32,378 bases of DNA from Octopus sinensis (GCF_006345805.1 NW_021833546.1:1-32378); one strand, 5' to 3'; counted from the first letter of the stretch, positions 12,072 through 23,086 are shown. The notes: generated from the letters alone by a model not told the origin. A program made the numbers and translations.

Positions 12072-12072
<1 letters not shown>
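11537..12072 (-). mobile_element. R4/Dong-like 3' fragment, unit 3 (longer; includes the RLE catalytic PD motif)
   Basis: Minus strand begins IQTDRKIDANRPDIILKDF..., then a frameshifted KYDLEIEISKM... continuation. Bounded by (TAA)n. Confidence 0.85.
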
Positions 12073-12127
<55 letters not shown>

Positions 12128-12182
12128 CCACTCATTGACCCCAGTATGCAACTGGTACTTAATTTATCAACCCTGAAAGGGT

Positions 12183-12305
12183 TTGGTCACAAGTCTTTGG
12201 TCGGCCCGAGGCTATAGTAGAAGACACTCGCCCAAAGTGCCACACAGTGGGAATGAATCCGGAACCATGTGGTTGGTAAGCAAGCTACTTACCACACAGC
12301 CACTC
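12183..12305 (-). mobile_element. SINE family A, head fragment
   Basis: Reverse complement of the family A head. Confidence 0.7.
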
Positions 12306-12448
12306 CTGCATCTGTCCATATGTTCTGAGTTCATAAAGGTTAACTTTGCCTTTCATCCTTTCGGGAGTGATGAATGAAGTACCAGTTGCGTACTGGGGTC
12401 GATGCAATTGACTATTCTCCATCCTCCAAAATTGCTGCCCTTGTGGCA

Positions 12449-12483
<35 letters not shown>

Positions 12484-12499
12484 GATTATTATTATTATT

Positions 12500-13163
<664 letters not shown>

Positions 13164-13299
13164 CATCATCATCATCATTATTATTATTATTATCATCATT
13201 ATTATTATTATTATTATCATTATTATTATTGTTATTATTATTATCATCATTATCATCATTATTACCATTATTATTATTCTTCTTCTTATTATTATTATT

Positions 13300-13711
13300 G
13301 AGTGAGAGAGCAGTGCATGCCATCAAAGTGACACTGGGGTAAAAATATACAGAGCCCAGTATACCCATCATGACTAGCCGTCTGATAAGGGTACACCAGC
13401 AACATGCATCACAACCATATGTGCGCAACATGGTGATCTCATATCAAGATAACAGCACATGACCTTGCAGGTGGGGGCCCAGTTAGAATATTCTTCAGGT
13501 TGAGTAGCCCATCTGCTCAAAGGTCCCTGAATAAGGGTTGCTTTAGGATGTTAACGAAACACCTATGTTTCCTGAGGTGAATTATTCAAACTCCAAAGAA
13601 TCCCTCTCAACACATGGCTATGATGCTCCCCCACTACTTCTGCTCGTGATCAGAGATGCACGTATCGTCAGCCACTAAGGGACATGCTCAACAGGTTACG
13701 GTCAAACAACT

Positions 13712-13712
<1 letters not shown>
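13300..13712 (-). mobile_element. Same element, copy 2 (truncated at the inferred 5' end)
   Basis: Shares the gagtgagagagcag terminus and stops after ggtcaaacaactg. Flanked by (ATT)n. Confidence 0.75.
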
Positions 13713-13753
<41 letters not shown>

Positions 13754-13794
13754 TTATTATTATTATCAATATTATTATTATTGTTATTATTGTG

Positions 13795-13995
13795 AAGGTG
13801 GCGGGCTGGTAGAAATGTTTGCAAGCTGAGCGAAATGCAGTGTCTTTACATTCTGAGTTCAAATTCTGCTGAGGTCGACTTTGCCTTTCATTCTTTCCGG
13901 GGTTGATAAATCAAGTACCAGTTGCATACTGGGGTTAATTTAATCGACTGCCCCCCTCCCTAATAAATTTCAGACTTTGTGCCTAGAGTAGAAAA
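13795..13995 (+). mobile_element. SINE family C with an alternative (ATT)n-ending tail
   Basis: Same head and body as 22286-22511 but ends ...ctttgtgcctagagtagaaaatattatt. Related fragments lie at about 12125-12182 (-), 12315-12450 (+) and 15612-15790 (+). Confidence 0.65.
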
Positions 13996-14005
13996 TATTA
14001 TTATA

Positions 14006-14041
<36 letters not shown>

Positions 14042-14540
14042 TACTTTTTTTTTTCTTCTTTCAAATTTTCTTCCATTTCTTGCCGAGTGTCTTCCCGACT
14101 CCTAGGGCAAAGAAACTCATAGTGTATATTGGTAGGCCATTAAACCAAACTCAGTAGTTCGTTCATTTTTTTTTTTTTTTAAAATCAAAATACATGAGCA
14201 GCAACAGTTCTCACATCGACAATGCTCTTCTCAATACGTGTGATGTACCAGTTAAGACAATCTTTTGCACTTCTTGCAGGAATGGTAAGCCAGGGATCAT
14301 TCTCATATAATTTTCGGTTCCCTTCTTGATCATTCCTAGTGCTCCTACGATCACTGGTATTGTAAGACCGCCTTGAGATGCCACATTTTCTCAATTTCAA
14401 TGAGTAGGTCTTTATATTTTCTGAGCTTGTCAAACTCTTTCGCTGAGATATTATGATCACAGGGGATGCTCATGTCGATCAATAAGCAAACTTATTGTTT
14501 TGGTCTTTCAAGCAATCTTTATTGTTTTGGTCTTTTATCG
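14042..14540 (-). mobile_element. R4/Dong-like 3' fragment, second subfamily
   Basis: Minus strand with small indels reads KDQNNK.CLLIDMSIPCDHNISAKEFDKLRKYKDLLIEIEKMWHLKAVTIPVIVGALGMIKKG...VQKIVLTGTSHVLRRALSM*. Flanked by (TAA)n. Confidence 0.85.
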
Positions 14541-14575
<35 letters not shown>

Positions 14576-14790
14576 ATTATTGTTATTATTATTATATTAT
14601 TATTGTTATTATTATTATTATCATTATCATCATTATCATAATTATTATTATTTTATTTTATGATTATTAGTATTATTATTATTATTAATCAATATTATTA
14701 TTGTTTATTATTATTATTATTATTATTATCAATATTATTATTATTATTATTATTATCATTATCATCATTATCATAATTATTATTATTATT

Positions 14791-15343
14791 GAGTGAGAGA
14801 GCAGTTCATGCCATCAAAGTGACACTGGGGTAAAATATACGAAGCCCAATATACCCATCATGACTACCCGTCTGATAAAGGTACACCAGGCACATGCATC
14901 ACAACCATATGTGCGCGACATGGTGATCTCATATCAAGATAAACAGCACATGACCTTGCAGGTGGGGCCCAGTTAGAATTTTCTTCAGGTTGAGTAGCCC
15001 ATCCCGCTCAAACGATCCCTGAATAAGGGTTGCTTAAGGATGTTGAAAGAACCACCCATGTTTCCAGAGGTGAACTATTCAAACCCCAAAGAATCCCGCT
15101 CACACATGGCTATGATGCTCCCCCACTACTTCTGCTCGTGATCAGAGATGCACATATCGTCAGCCACTAAGGGACATGCTCAACTGGTTAAGGTCAAACA
15201 ACTGACAAGCAATCTGTGGTATTGAGCAGAATATTTGCTGTAGCCCATCTTTTATACCAAGACAAAACAATGTTACATGATAACACTTCTAATCAGTTAG
15301 ATCAGAAGCCATGAGAGCCACTGCCTGGTACTGCATCAGGGCA

Positions 15344-15345
<2 letters not shown>
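14791..15345 (-). mobile_element. Same element, copy 3 (full length)
   Basis: Both termini match copy 1. Flanked by (ATT)n. Confidence 0.75.
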
Positions 15346-15374
<29 letters not shown>

Positions 15375-15539
15375 TTATTATTATCAGTATTATTATTGTT
15401 ATTATTATTATTATCATTATCATCATTATCATATTATTATTATTATTATTATATTATTATTATTATTATTATCATATTATTATTGTTATTATTATTATTA
15501 TCACTTATCATCATATCATAATTATTTATCATTATCATA

Positions 15540-15578
<39 letters not shown>

Positions 15579-15809
15579 GTCAATATTATTATTGTTATTA
15601 CTATTATTGTTAAAGTGTGGTGAGTTGGCAAAACTATTAAAGCATCAGAAAAAGTTTTTGGTAGTATTATTTTCAGCTCTCAGCGCTCTGAGTTCAAATA
15701 CTACCTGGGTCAAAATTGTCTTTCATCATTTTGGGGATTGATGAGTTATTTTATCCCTTCCCTCAAAATTGCAAGTCTTGGCACTGTGCCTGAATCCCCT
15801 TCATCTTTG

Positions 15810-16335
15810 TCATCCTCATCATCATCATCGTCATCATGAACTTAACCATCCTGTTCACTATCACAACCACCAACTACCTCATCAAAATCACACCATCATC
15901 ACCACCACCACCACTACCACCATTGCCACAACAGCCACCACAACCACCACCAACAACAACAACACTACCATCACAATCACCACCACCACCACTATATCAC
16001 CACCACCACTGCCTCCACCACCATCACAATCACCACCACCACTATCATCACAATCACCACCACTAACAACACTATCACCACCACCACCACTATCATCATC
16101 ACCATCACCACCACCACTACCACCACCACCACCACTACCACCACAATCACCACCACCACTATCATCACAATTACCACCACTAACACCACTACCACCACCA
16201 CCAACACCACTATCATCATCACCACCACCACCATCACCAATGCCACCACAATCACCACCACCACCACCACTACCACCACCACCTCCACCACCACCACCAC
16301 CACTACCATCACAATCACCAACGCCACCACCGCCA
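15810..16335 (+). repeat. Degenerate (ATC)n/(ACC)n tract
   Basis: Ends roughly 60 nt before the exon C acceptor. Confidence 0.9.
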
Positions 16336-16398
16336 CTTCATTAATATAAACCCTCATTCTCTCTTTTTTCCTTTTCCTCTCTCTCTCTCTTCCTACAG

Positions 16399-18468
16399 GT
16401 GTGTTTGTTTGCCAACATATCCGCATACAACGGAACAGACCTTGGTGCGCCCCACAGCATCGACACCAGCAAAGCCAGAGACAGGGAAAGCGGAACAGCC
16501 TCACATATCTTGGTAAAGGATTGCAACTTGACATTATCGAATTCGACGGTGCTACCACTGATCAGAGATTACTGTGGCACAGGTGACTTTATCCCGATGG
16601 ACAAGGGTGTCACGAATGACGGCGAAACACTTGTCAGTTTCCCTTTCCATACAGCGGAGCTTATTTTGGGTGGCATAACTGCAAACTGCTCCTATATCCT
16701 TTGCGGCAATGACTCCTGTAAAGGGGACAGCTGTGAAGTTGGAGGGATGGTGGAGGAATTCGACGGTGTGTCACGAGATGACGATGGTGATGATGAAGAC
16801 GATGGCAGCGATGGTGATGATGAAGACGATGGCAGTGATGGTGATGGTGTTGGTGAAGATGGTGATAGCGGCAGTAGTAATAGTAGTAGTAGTAATAGTA
16901 GTAGTAGTAATAGTAGTAAGGATGGTGCTGATGGTGGTGGTGATGACATCAATGCTGGCCGAACCGACAGCGATGACAAGGATCACAGCAGCAATAATGA
17001 TGCTAGCAACAAGGATGATGGTGATGGTGATGGTGATGGTAGTCATGGTGATGGTGATGGTAGTCATGGTGATGGTGATGGTAGTCATGGTGATGGTGAT
17101 GGTAGTCATAGTGATGAGAATGATGATGGTGATGATGGTGATGATGGTGATGATGGTGATCATAATCACGATCATGATGATAGCAAGAATCATACACGCA
17201 GTGACGCTGAAGATACGAACCCAGAAAATTCAGATGCTGAGAAACAGCCGGCACCAGAACCAGAGGAGACATCAGCTGTGCCTGAGGATCAGAATGTTAA
17301 TGAGACAGCAGATGTGATGAAGAATTTGACACTGAATAGTGGGGATGTTGGATTTGGTGGGGAGACAAACGAACATGATGAAGACAGTCAGCCGGCATCG
17401 GAGACAGAAGGGAGTCAAAACAGTTTGGAAGCATCTGCGAACCCTGCTGTGAATGCAACTGAAGCCCCAGCTAGGCAACCAAATAGACATAAGAACAGAC
17501 ATCATTCGTCGAAGAAAAGAAAAGGTGGGAAACGAGAGAGAAGGGATCACGATGAAGAGGAAAGAGAAGAAGAGGAAGAAGAAGAAGAGAATGGAGAGGA
17601 AAGAGAAGGGGAAGAGGAAGAAGGAGCAGGGGCAGGAGGACATGAAGAGGAAGAGGAAGGAGTGGAACATGCAGAAGAAGGAGGAGAAGGAGGAGGAGAA
17701 AAACAAAAGGGAAAGGAAAATGATTTAACAACATTTGGAAACTCATCTCAAACAAATGACAATAGTATTGACCACAGCAACAACAATGACAGTTTTGACA
17801 AAAGCATAGAACCTTCGACGAGTATTGACGAAGATCACCAGGGGTCAGAAAATGGTTCAAATCCTGATGATCATCATGCCAGTACCGGTCAACAAGGGGA
17901 GGAAAAGGATGATGTTGATGGTAGCGATGATCACGAGGGCAATGATCACAGAAATGACGATCATGATGGTGATGATGATGATGGTAAAGTTAAGGATAAG
18001 GAAAATAACAGTAGTGAGGACAGTGGAGATGAAGTTGACCATGGTGATGATGCGAATAGAGACGGCAGTGATAGTGGTGGTGAAAATACTGACGGGGACA
18101 AAGAAACAGCAGTGATAACGTCAAAAGAATCTGGCCAAGAGACACCAACGACGGCTATCGTGGATGACGGTGATGTCAAGGATAGTTCGACAGAGACGTC
18201 ATCAAACACAACAGAGGGTGCAACGAAGATGGACGCAGGCATGAAGGACACTGCATCACAGCCGACAGAGGATGGCGACAGCCCGAACTCAGAAGATTCT
18301 TCGACGCCAGCAGAAGAAACTGAAAAGCGAGAGGGGGAGGAGGATGAGAGGAGCGAAGGTGAGGACAATGAGGAAGGAGACGAGGAAAGGGAAGAGGAGG
18401 TGGGAGAGGCGGATGTCAAGATGGAAAAGACAGAGCCACGTGTCGATTCTGACCTGTCGAAAACCTGA
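16399..18468 (+). CDS. Terminal exon C, first frame: ZP-C core followed by an Asp/Glu/Ser/Gly-rich disordered region
   Basis: ctctcttcctacag acceptor, phase 0. HILVKDCNLTLSNSTVLPLIRDYCGTG...LVSFPFHT...ITANCSYILCGNDSCKGDSC fits the ZP-C pattern (L-x-V-x-x-C ... LI-x-x-x-C ... F-x-F ... C-x-x-x-x-C ... C ... C). 689-aa ORF with coherent acidic composition. Confidence 0.85.
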   Translation: MCLFANISAYNGTDLGAPHSIDTSKARDRESGTASHILVKDCNLTLSNSTVLPLIRDYCGTGDFIPMDKGVTNDGETLVSFPFHTAELILGGITANCSYILCGNDSCKGDSCEVGGMVEEFDGVSRDDDGDDEDDGSDGDDEDDGSDGDGVGEDGDSGSSNSSSSNSSSSNSSKDGADGGGDDINAGRTDSDDKDHSSNNDASNKDDGDGDGDGSHGDGDGSHGDGDGSHGDGDGSHSDENDDGDDGDDGDDGDHNHDHDDSKNHTRSDAEDTNPENSDAEKQPAPEPEETSAVPEDQNVNETADVMKNLTLNSGDVGFGGETNEHDEDSQPASETEGSQNSLEASANPAVNATEAPARQPNRHKNRHHSSKKRKGGKRERRDHDEEEREEEEEEEENGEEREGEEEEGAGAGGHEEEEEGVEHAEEGGEGGGEKQKGKENDLTTFGNSSQTNDNSIDHSNNNDSFDKSIEPSTSIDEDHQGSENGSNPDDHHASTGQQGEEKDDVDGSDDHEGNDHRNDDHDGDDDDGKVKDKENNSSEDSGDEVDHGDDANRDGSDSGGENTDGDKETAVITSKESGQETPTTAIVDDGDVKDSSTETSSNTTEGATKMDAGMKDTASQPTEDGDSPNSEDSSTPAEETEKREGEEDERSEGEDNEEGDEEREEEVGEADVKMEKTEPRVDSDLSKT

Positions 18469-19460
18469 CTGAAGCGATAACATCAGGGGATGAGTCTGAT
18501 CTTCCACCCACGAAACTCGGTGAGGAAACTTTGAATGAGAATTGGGACTCCGACAATGAGGGCTTTGACAGCGAGGAAAACGACACGTCTGCTGCAGCTG
18601 AGCCTGCACCTACAACTGTGAAAATAGCTGCAGCTGCAGCAACCACTGCAGCTACTGTGATGAAGTCAAGGACATTAGAGGATAAGGACAGGGAGGGCTC
18701 AGCGTTTTCAGAAGAGGGCAATGAAGGAGAAGACAATAATGGCCTTGGTGATGACAATGATAATGAAAATGGTGACAGCGATGATGACAATGATGATGGT
18801 GATGACAATAGCGGTGGTGGTGGTGGTGGTGGTGGTGGTGGTGGTGGTGGGGATAAGGACGCTGATGACAATGATGAAAAGGGTGAGAGTAACGACGAAG
18901 AAGTGGAAGAAGGGGAGAAGTTTGAAGAAGGGCCAGATGCTGGAGAGCAGCAATCTACTGGTTCGTCTGAGGTGAGCAATGAAGAGGAGGAGGAGAAAGC
19001 AATCCCATCTGATTCAGACAGTGAGGGCCAAAGCTTTGTGGACAATCCCGAATCGGAAGACGACAGCAACAACAACAATAGCAACAGCAGTAACATAGGG
19101 GACAGCAACGAACAGGGGACAGGTGAGAATGAGATGCTCCCTGCACAAACTACATATTATCAACTGACACAGACAACGCCACCTACAGGTCAGAATGGAA
19201 ACACGATACAGAAACCCGAAAAGGGTGATGCCGGCGGTGGGAACACTGTAGACGCAACTGGCACCACGGACAACAACGATGATTACGATGGCACGGAAAA
19301 CGGCAAGAAATCTGGACATCCTCACTCAAGAAGGAAAGGTGGTGCCTCCGGAAAACACAAGAAGAAGAAGGGCTCCAGGAAGACCGGGAGGAAGAAGAGA
19401 GGATGGACATACGAAAAGCATCTTAGCGACACTCCTGACCAACGCGGGTTTCGCAGATGA
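18453..19460 (+). CDS. Terminal exon C, second frame: continuation of the acidic tail after a 1-nt frameshift, ending in a basic C-terminus
   Basis: Frame is open from 18453 (PVENLTEAITSGDESDLPPTKLGEETLNENW...) and overlaps the end of the previous ORF. Composition is the same, and it ends ...KHKKKKGSRKTGRKKRGWTYEKHLSDTPDQRGFRR*. Confidence 0.75.
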   Translation, partial: PVENLTEAITSGDESDLPPTKLGEETLNENWDSDNEGFDSEENDTSAAAEPAPTTVKIAAAAATTAATVMKSRTLEDKDREGSAFSEEGNEGEDNNGLGDDNDNENGDSDDDNDDGDDNSGGGGGGGGGGGGGDKDADDNDEKGESNDEEVEEGEKFEEGPDAGEQQSTGSSEVSNEEEEEKAIPSDSDSEGQSFVDNPESEDDSNNNNSNSSNIGDSNEQGTGENEMLPAQTTYYQLTQTTPPTGQNGNTIQKPEKGDAGGGNTVDATGTTDNNDDYDGTENGKKSGHPHSRRKGGASGKHKKKKGSRKTGRKKRGWTYEKHLSDTPDQRGFRR

Positions 19461-19896
19461 CTGAGGGCTGATTTGGGGCTCTGGTAATCAGGTGTAGAAG
19501 AGGGTGAAATAACAGAAGGGTGAGCATTGGTCAGTCATATGATCAAAGACACTCCAATTATGACCATCCCTTCTTTTATTTAGACGTAATGTATCTAGGA
19601 TTGCATTATATAATGTATAGTATAATAGTCAGTTTTAGTGTCTATGGTTGTCATTTAGCCCCAGGTCAGCATTGATCCAGCAGACATAATCGAAGATGTT
19701 CTAGTTATGACCATTCCATCAAATTTTAGACATAGGACATCAAAACTAGGTTATCTAATTTTTAGTATAGGACTTAATATTTTTCGCTGTAGCTCTTGTT
19801 CTTTAACCTCATCATGTCTTCTATTCAGGCATAGTGTATCTAGGACAGTGATATACAACAGCTGCAGTTCATACCCAACAAAATCTAAAGTAAGAA

Positions 19897-19902
19897 AATA
19901 AA
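19897..19902 (+). promoter_or_regulatory. Candidate polyadenylation signal of the ZP-domain gene
   Basis: AATAAA about 440 nt downstream of the stop, just before a long (TA)n tract. Motif only. Confidence 0.25.
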
Positions 19903-20037
19903 TCGACCTTTATCATTTTCCTTGATGATTTATCTCAAAAGTGTATATATACATATATATAAATATATGTATATATACATATACATCATACATACATATA
20001 TATATATATAATATATATACTATTATATGTATATATA

Positions 20038-20106
<69 letters not shown>

Positions 20107-20682
20107 CATATATACATATATATATATATACATATACATATATATGTATATGTAGCATGTATATATATATATATGTATATATATATAGCATAAATATATG
20201 TATATTGCCTTAATACCGAATTTATATATAGTAGTAATATATATAGCTATCTTATAAAATGTATATGTAATATATATATATACACATATAGGTAAGTGGT
20301 ATATTAGGCAATCTATCATACATTTTATTGGCCGTTCGATCAGCTTCGGAAAGCAAAGAATTAATATTTAATAATTCTACCTGGCAAAAACAATGTATAA
20401 CATATGTGACTATATGATATAATATGTATATGTAATATCTGTATGGTATATATGATATATCACGTGATGTGTGATATATATATATATATGTATATATATT
20501 TATCTGTATAGATGTATTATATATGTATGTATATTATCTGGTAGTAGTATATGATTATATATATGTATATATGTATATATATTATTATATATATATCTAT
20601 GTATATTATATATCTATATATAATATATATATATATATAATTAATCAAATTAATTCCAACATAATCTGATTTTCATGTTTTA

Positions 20683-20847
20683 TTATTTACAGTTTTACAA
20701 TATTAAAATAAAACTAGTACATTTGGTGCAGTAAGCAGTCATCAGGCTCTTGTGGAACATGACCACCACTACATAAACCTGATGACTGCGTAACATATGA
20801 AGTACTAGCTTATTTCAATATTGAAAAATTGTGATAATTGTAAATAA
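20683..20847. repeat. Decayed foldback
   Basis: Perfect 12-bp core gcagtcatcagg (20735-20746) / cctgatgactgc (20778-20789), with imperfect outward extension. Confidence 0.65.
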
Positions 20848-20918
20848 CAGAAAAGGAAAATCAGAGAGTAAGTGGAATTTTGTTGATTAATATATTCTTC
20901 TATACACAATCATACAAA

Positions 20919-20995
<77 letters not shown>

Positions 20996-21315
20996 GAGTG
21001 TATTTACCTTGTTAACAATTAACACGGATATAAATAAATAAATAGTTACCAGGGCAGCAATATGTAGAAAGTAAAAATTTGTTTTAAACCTGCGTTAACT
21101 CCATTTTTTATCATATATATATATATATTTATACATACTATAATATATATGATATATATATTATATATACATATATATATACACATATATATACATATAC
21201 ATATATATATATATCATGCAAATGCATACATGCATATATATGCCATATATATATATATATCTATATATATCATATATATATATATATACATATATATAAT
21301 ATATATACACATATA

Positions 21316-21382
<67 letters not shown>

Positions 21383-21383
21383 C

Positions 21384-21429
<46 letters not shown>

Positions 21430-21431
<2 letters not shown>

Positions 21432-21586
21432 CTATCTACGTTATTTACATTCGGCGGATATTTGTCCTTATCTTGTTTGTTGTTAACACAACGTTTCGGC
21501 TGATTTACCCTCCAGCCTTCATCAGGTGTCTTGGGGAAATTTCGAACCTGGGTTCTCATTCCTAAGATATTTTTCAATGTTATTAC

Positions 21587-21640
<54 letters not shown>

Positions 21641-21765
21641 CATCATCATTATTATTATTATTCAGCTCACTGCCTGGAATCGAACTCGGAATGTAAATAA
21701 TGTAAATAATGTACATAATGTCTCATCTCTTAAATATAGAACTGTACAGCTCTACGTGATTCAAA
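21430..21765 (-). mobile_element. Penelope-like terminal repeat fragment containing the hammerhead, split by (ATT)n
   Basis: Hammerhead motif, plus the segment gaatgtaaataa present in inverted orientation at about 21440 and 21690. Confidence 0.45.
21485..21530 (-). ncRNA. Minimal type I hammerhead ribozyme (Penelope-type)
   Basis: Minus strand GACAC-CTGATGA-A-GGCTG(GAGGGTAAAT)CAGCC-GAA-ACGT-T-GTGTT. Intact core, helix I 5 bp, helix II 5 bp, palindromic minimal helix III. Confidence 0.7.
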
Positions 21766-22035
21766 GTTTCATGCGGCCATACAATGAACCCATCTCATCA
21801 GATCTTTGGGCGAAGAGAACTACCCACCCACGAAACTTAGAATCAAACTGTTATTAAAAATACATGTAACACTGATCAAATGTGTTGAGTGCTACATTCT
21901 TCCATTTGCCCACTCACACACAAACACACACACATATATGCATGAATGCATGCATATAAGTGTGGTAGTGTCAAATAATAAGTATGATTTGCTTACCACT
22001 GCATTGGTGGATAAATATTCTTTTTTTTGTGTGAT

Positions 22036-22177
22036 TTAGCAAGGCAACCAGTGGTTTCCTGTAGAAAAGATATTCACAATTATTCAAGAGAACCACTTCG
22101 GTATGTTGATATTCATTGCCATTTTGAAGAAATTGTGGAGACCTTTTACTGCATGGAACCATTGGTTGCCTCGTTAA
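22036..22177. repeat. Decayed foldback
   Basis: aggcaaccagtggtttcc pairs with ggaaccattggttgcct; arms align for about 55 nt. Confidence 0.7.
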
Positions 22178-22248
22178 GCCACAAATAAATATACACATGT
22201 GTATGTGTGTATATATATACATATATATGTGTATATATATATGTATAC

Positions 22249-22285
<37 letters not shown>

Positions 22286-22286
<1 letters not shown>

Positions 22287-22509
22287 TTCTTTATTGCCCA
22301 CAAGGGGTTAAACATAGACGGGACAAACAAGGACAAAGGGATTAAGTCGATTACATCGACCCCAGTGCGTAAATGGTACTTAATTTATCGACCGCGAAAG
22401 GGTGAAAGGCAAAGTCGAGCTCAGCGAAATTTGAACTCAGAACATAACAGCAGACGAAATACGGCTACGGATTTCGCCTGGTGTGCTAACGTTTCTGCCA
22501 GCTCGCACC

Positions 22510-22511
<2 letters not shown>
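22286..22511 (-). mobile_element. SINE family C with a Tx1-like 3' end
   Basis: Minus strand runs aaggtgcgagctggcagaaacgttagcac...ctgagttcaaatt...gactttgcctttcaccc...tttaaccccttgtgggcaataaagaaa. Confidence 0.75.
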
Positions 22512-22548
<37 letters not shown>

Positions 22549-22568
22549 TAGATATATAATTATAATAT

Positions 22569-22730
22569 AGGCGCAGGAGTGGCTATGTGGTAAGTAGCTG
22601 CTTACCAACCACATGGTTCCAGGTTCAGTCCCACTGTGTGGCACCTTGGGCAGGTGTCTTCTACTATAGCCTCAGGCTGACCAAAGCCTTGTGAGTGGTT
22701 TTGGTAGACGGAAACTGAAAGAAGCCCATC
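22569..22730 (+). mobile_element. SINE family A, 5' half
   Basis: Head only, directly followed by a family B SINE. Confidence 0.75.
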
Positions 22731-22749
22731 ATATATATGTGTATATATA

Positions 22750-23049
22750 CGCAATGGCCCAGTGGTTAGGGCAGCGGACTCGCGGTCGGAGGATCGCGGT
22801 TTCGATTCCCAGACCGGGCGTTGTGTGTGTTTATTGAGCGAAAACACCTAAAAGCTCCACGACTCTCCGGCAGGGTGTGGTGATCCCTGCTGTACTCTTT
22901 CACCACTCTTTCTCCCACTCTTTCTTCTGCTGGCCTGCTCGCTTACCCAGCGGGGTGGCGTCATTCAAAGGCTAAAACAATGCGAACGCATTGTGACCAG
23001 CGATGTGTAGCAACATCTGATGGTCTGGTCGGTCACGTGATCACGTGAT
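22750..23049 (+). mobile_element. SINE family B with a tRNA-Arg-like head and tail type 1 (possibly one of the octopus OR families)
   Basis: gcaatggcccagtggttagggcagcggactcgcggtcggaggatcgcggtttcgattccc head; tail ttggcctgctcgctta...ggtcacgtgat. Family name is from memory and not verified. Confidence 0.75.
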
Positions 23050-23086
23050 ATATATATATATATAATATATATATATTATATATATA

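Noticed and set aside
18455-18468. Programmed -1 ribosomal frameshift
   Set aside because: No canonical slippery heptamer or obvious downstream pseudoknot; a missing C in a homopolymer is simpler.
16692-19464. Overlapping and antisense ORFs within exon C (for example 18416-19108 minus, 16709-17317 plus)
   Set aside because: They are shadows of the low-complexity GAT/GGT/GAA codon usage of the real frame.
21995-22065. Apparent minus-strand micro-exon (ttttctacag ... gtaagc)
   Set aside because: It overlaps one arm of a decayed foldback element, and no neighbouring exons or recognisable protein were found.
22750-22825. tRNA-like sequences at SINE heads (also 26839, 28790, 30686, 2026 and family A)
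   Set aside because: They have A/B boxes but no complete cloverleaf and continue into SINE bodies; not tRNA genes.
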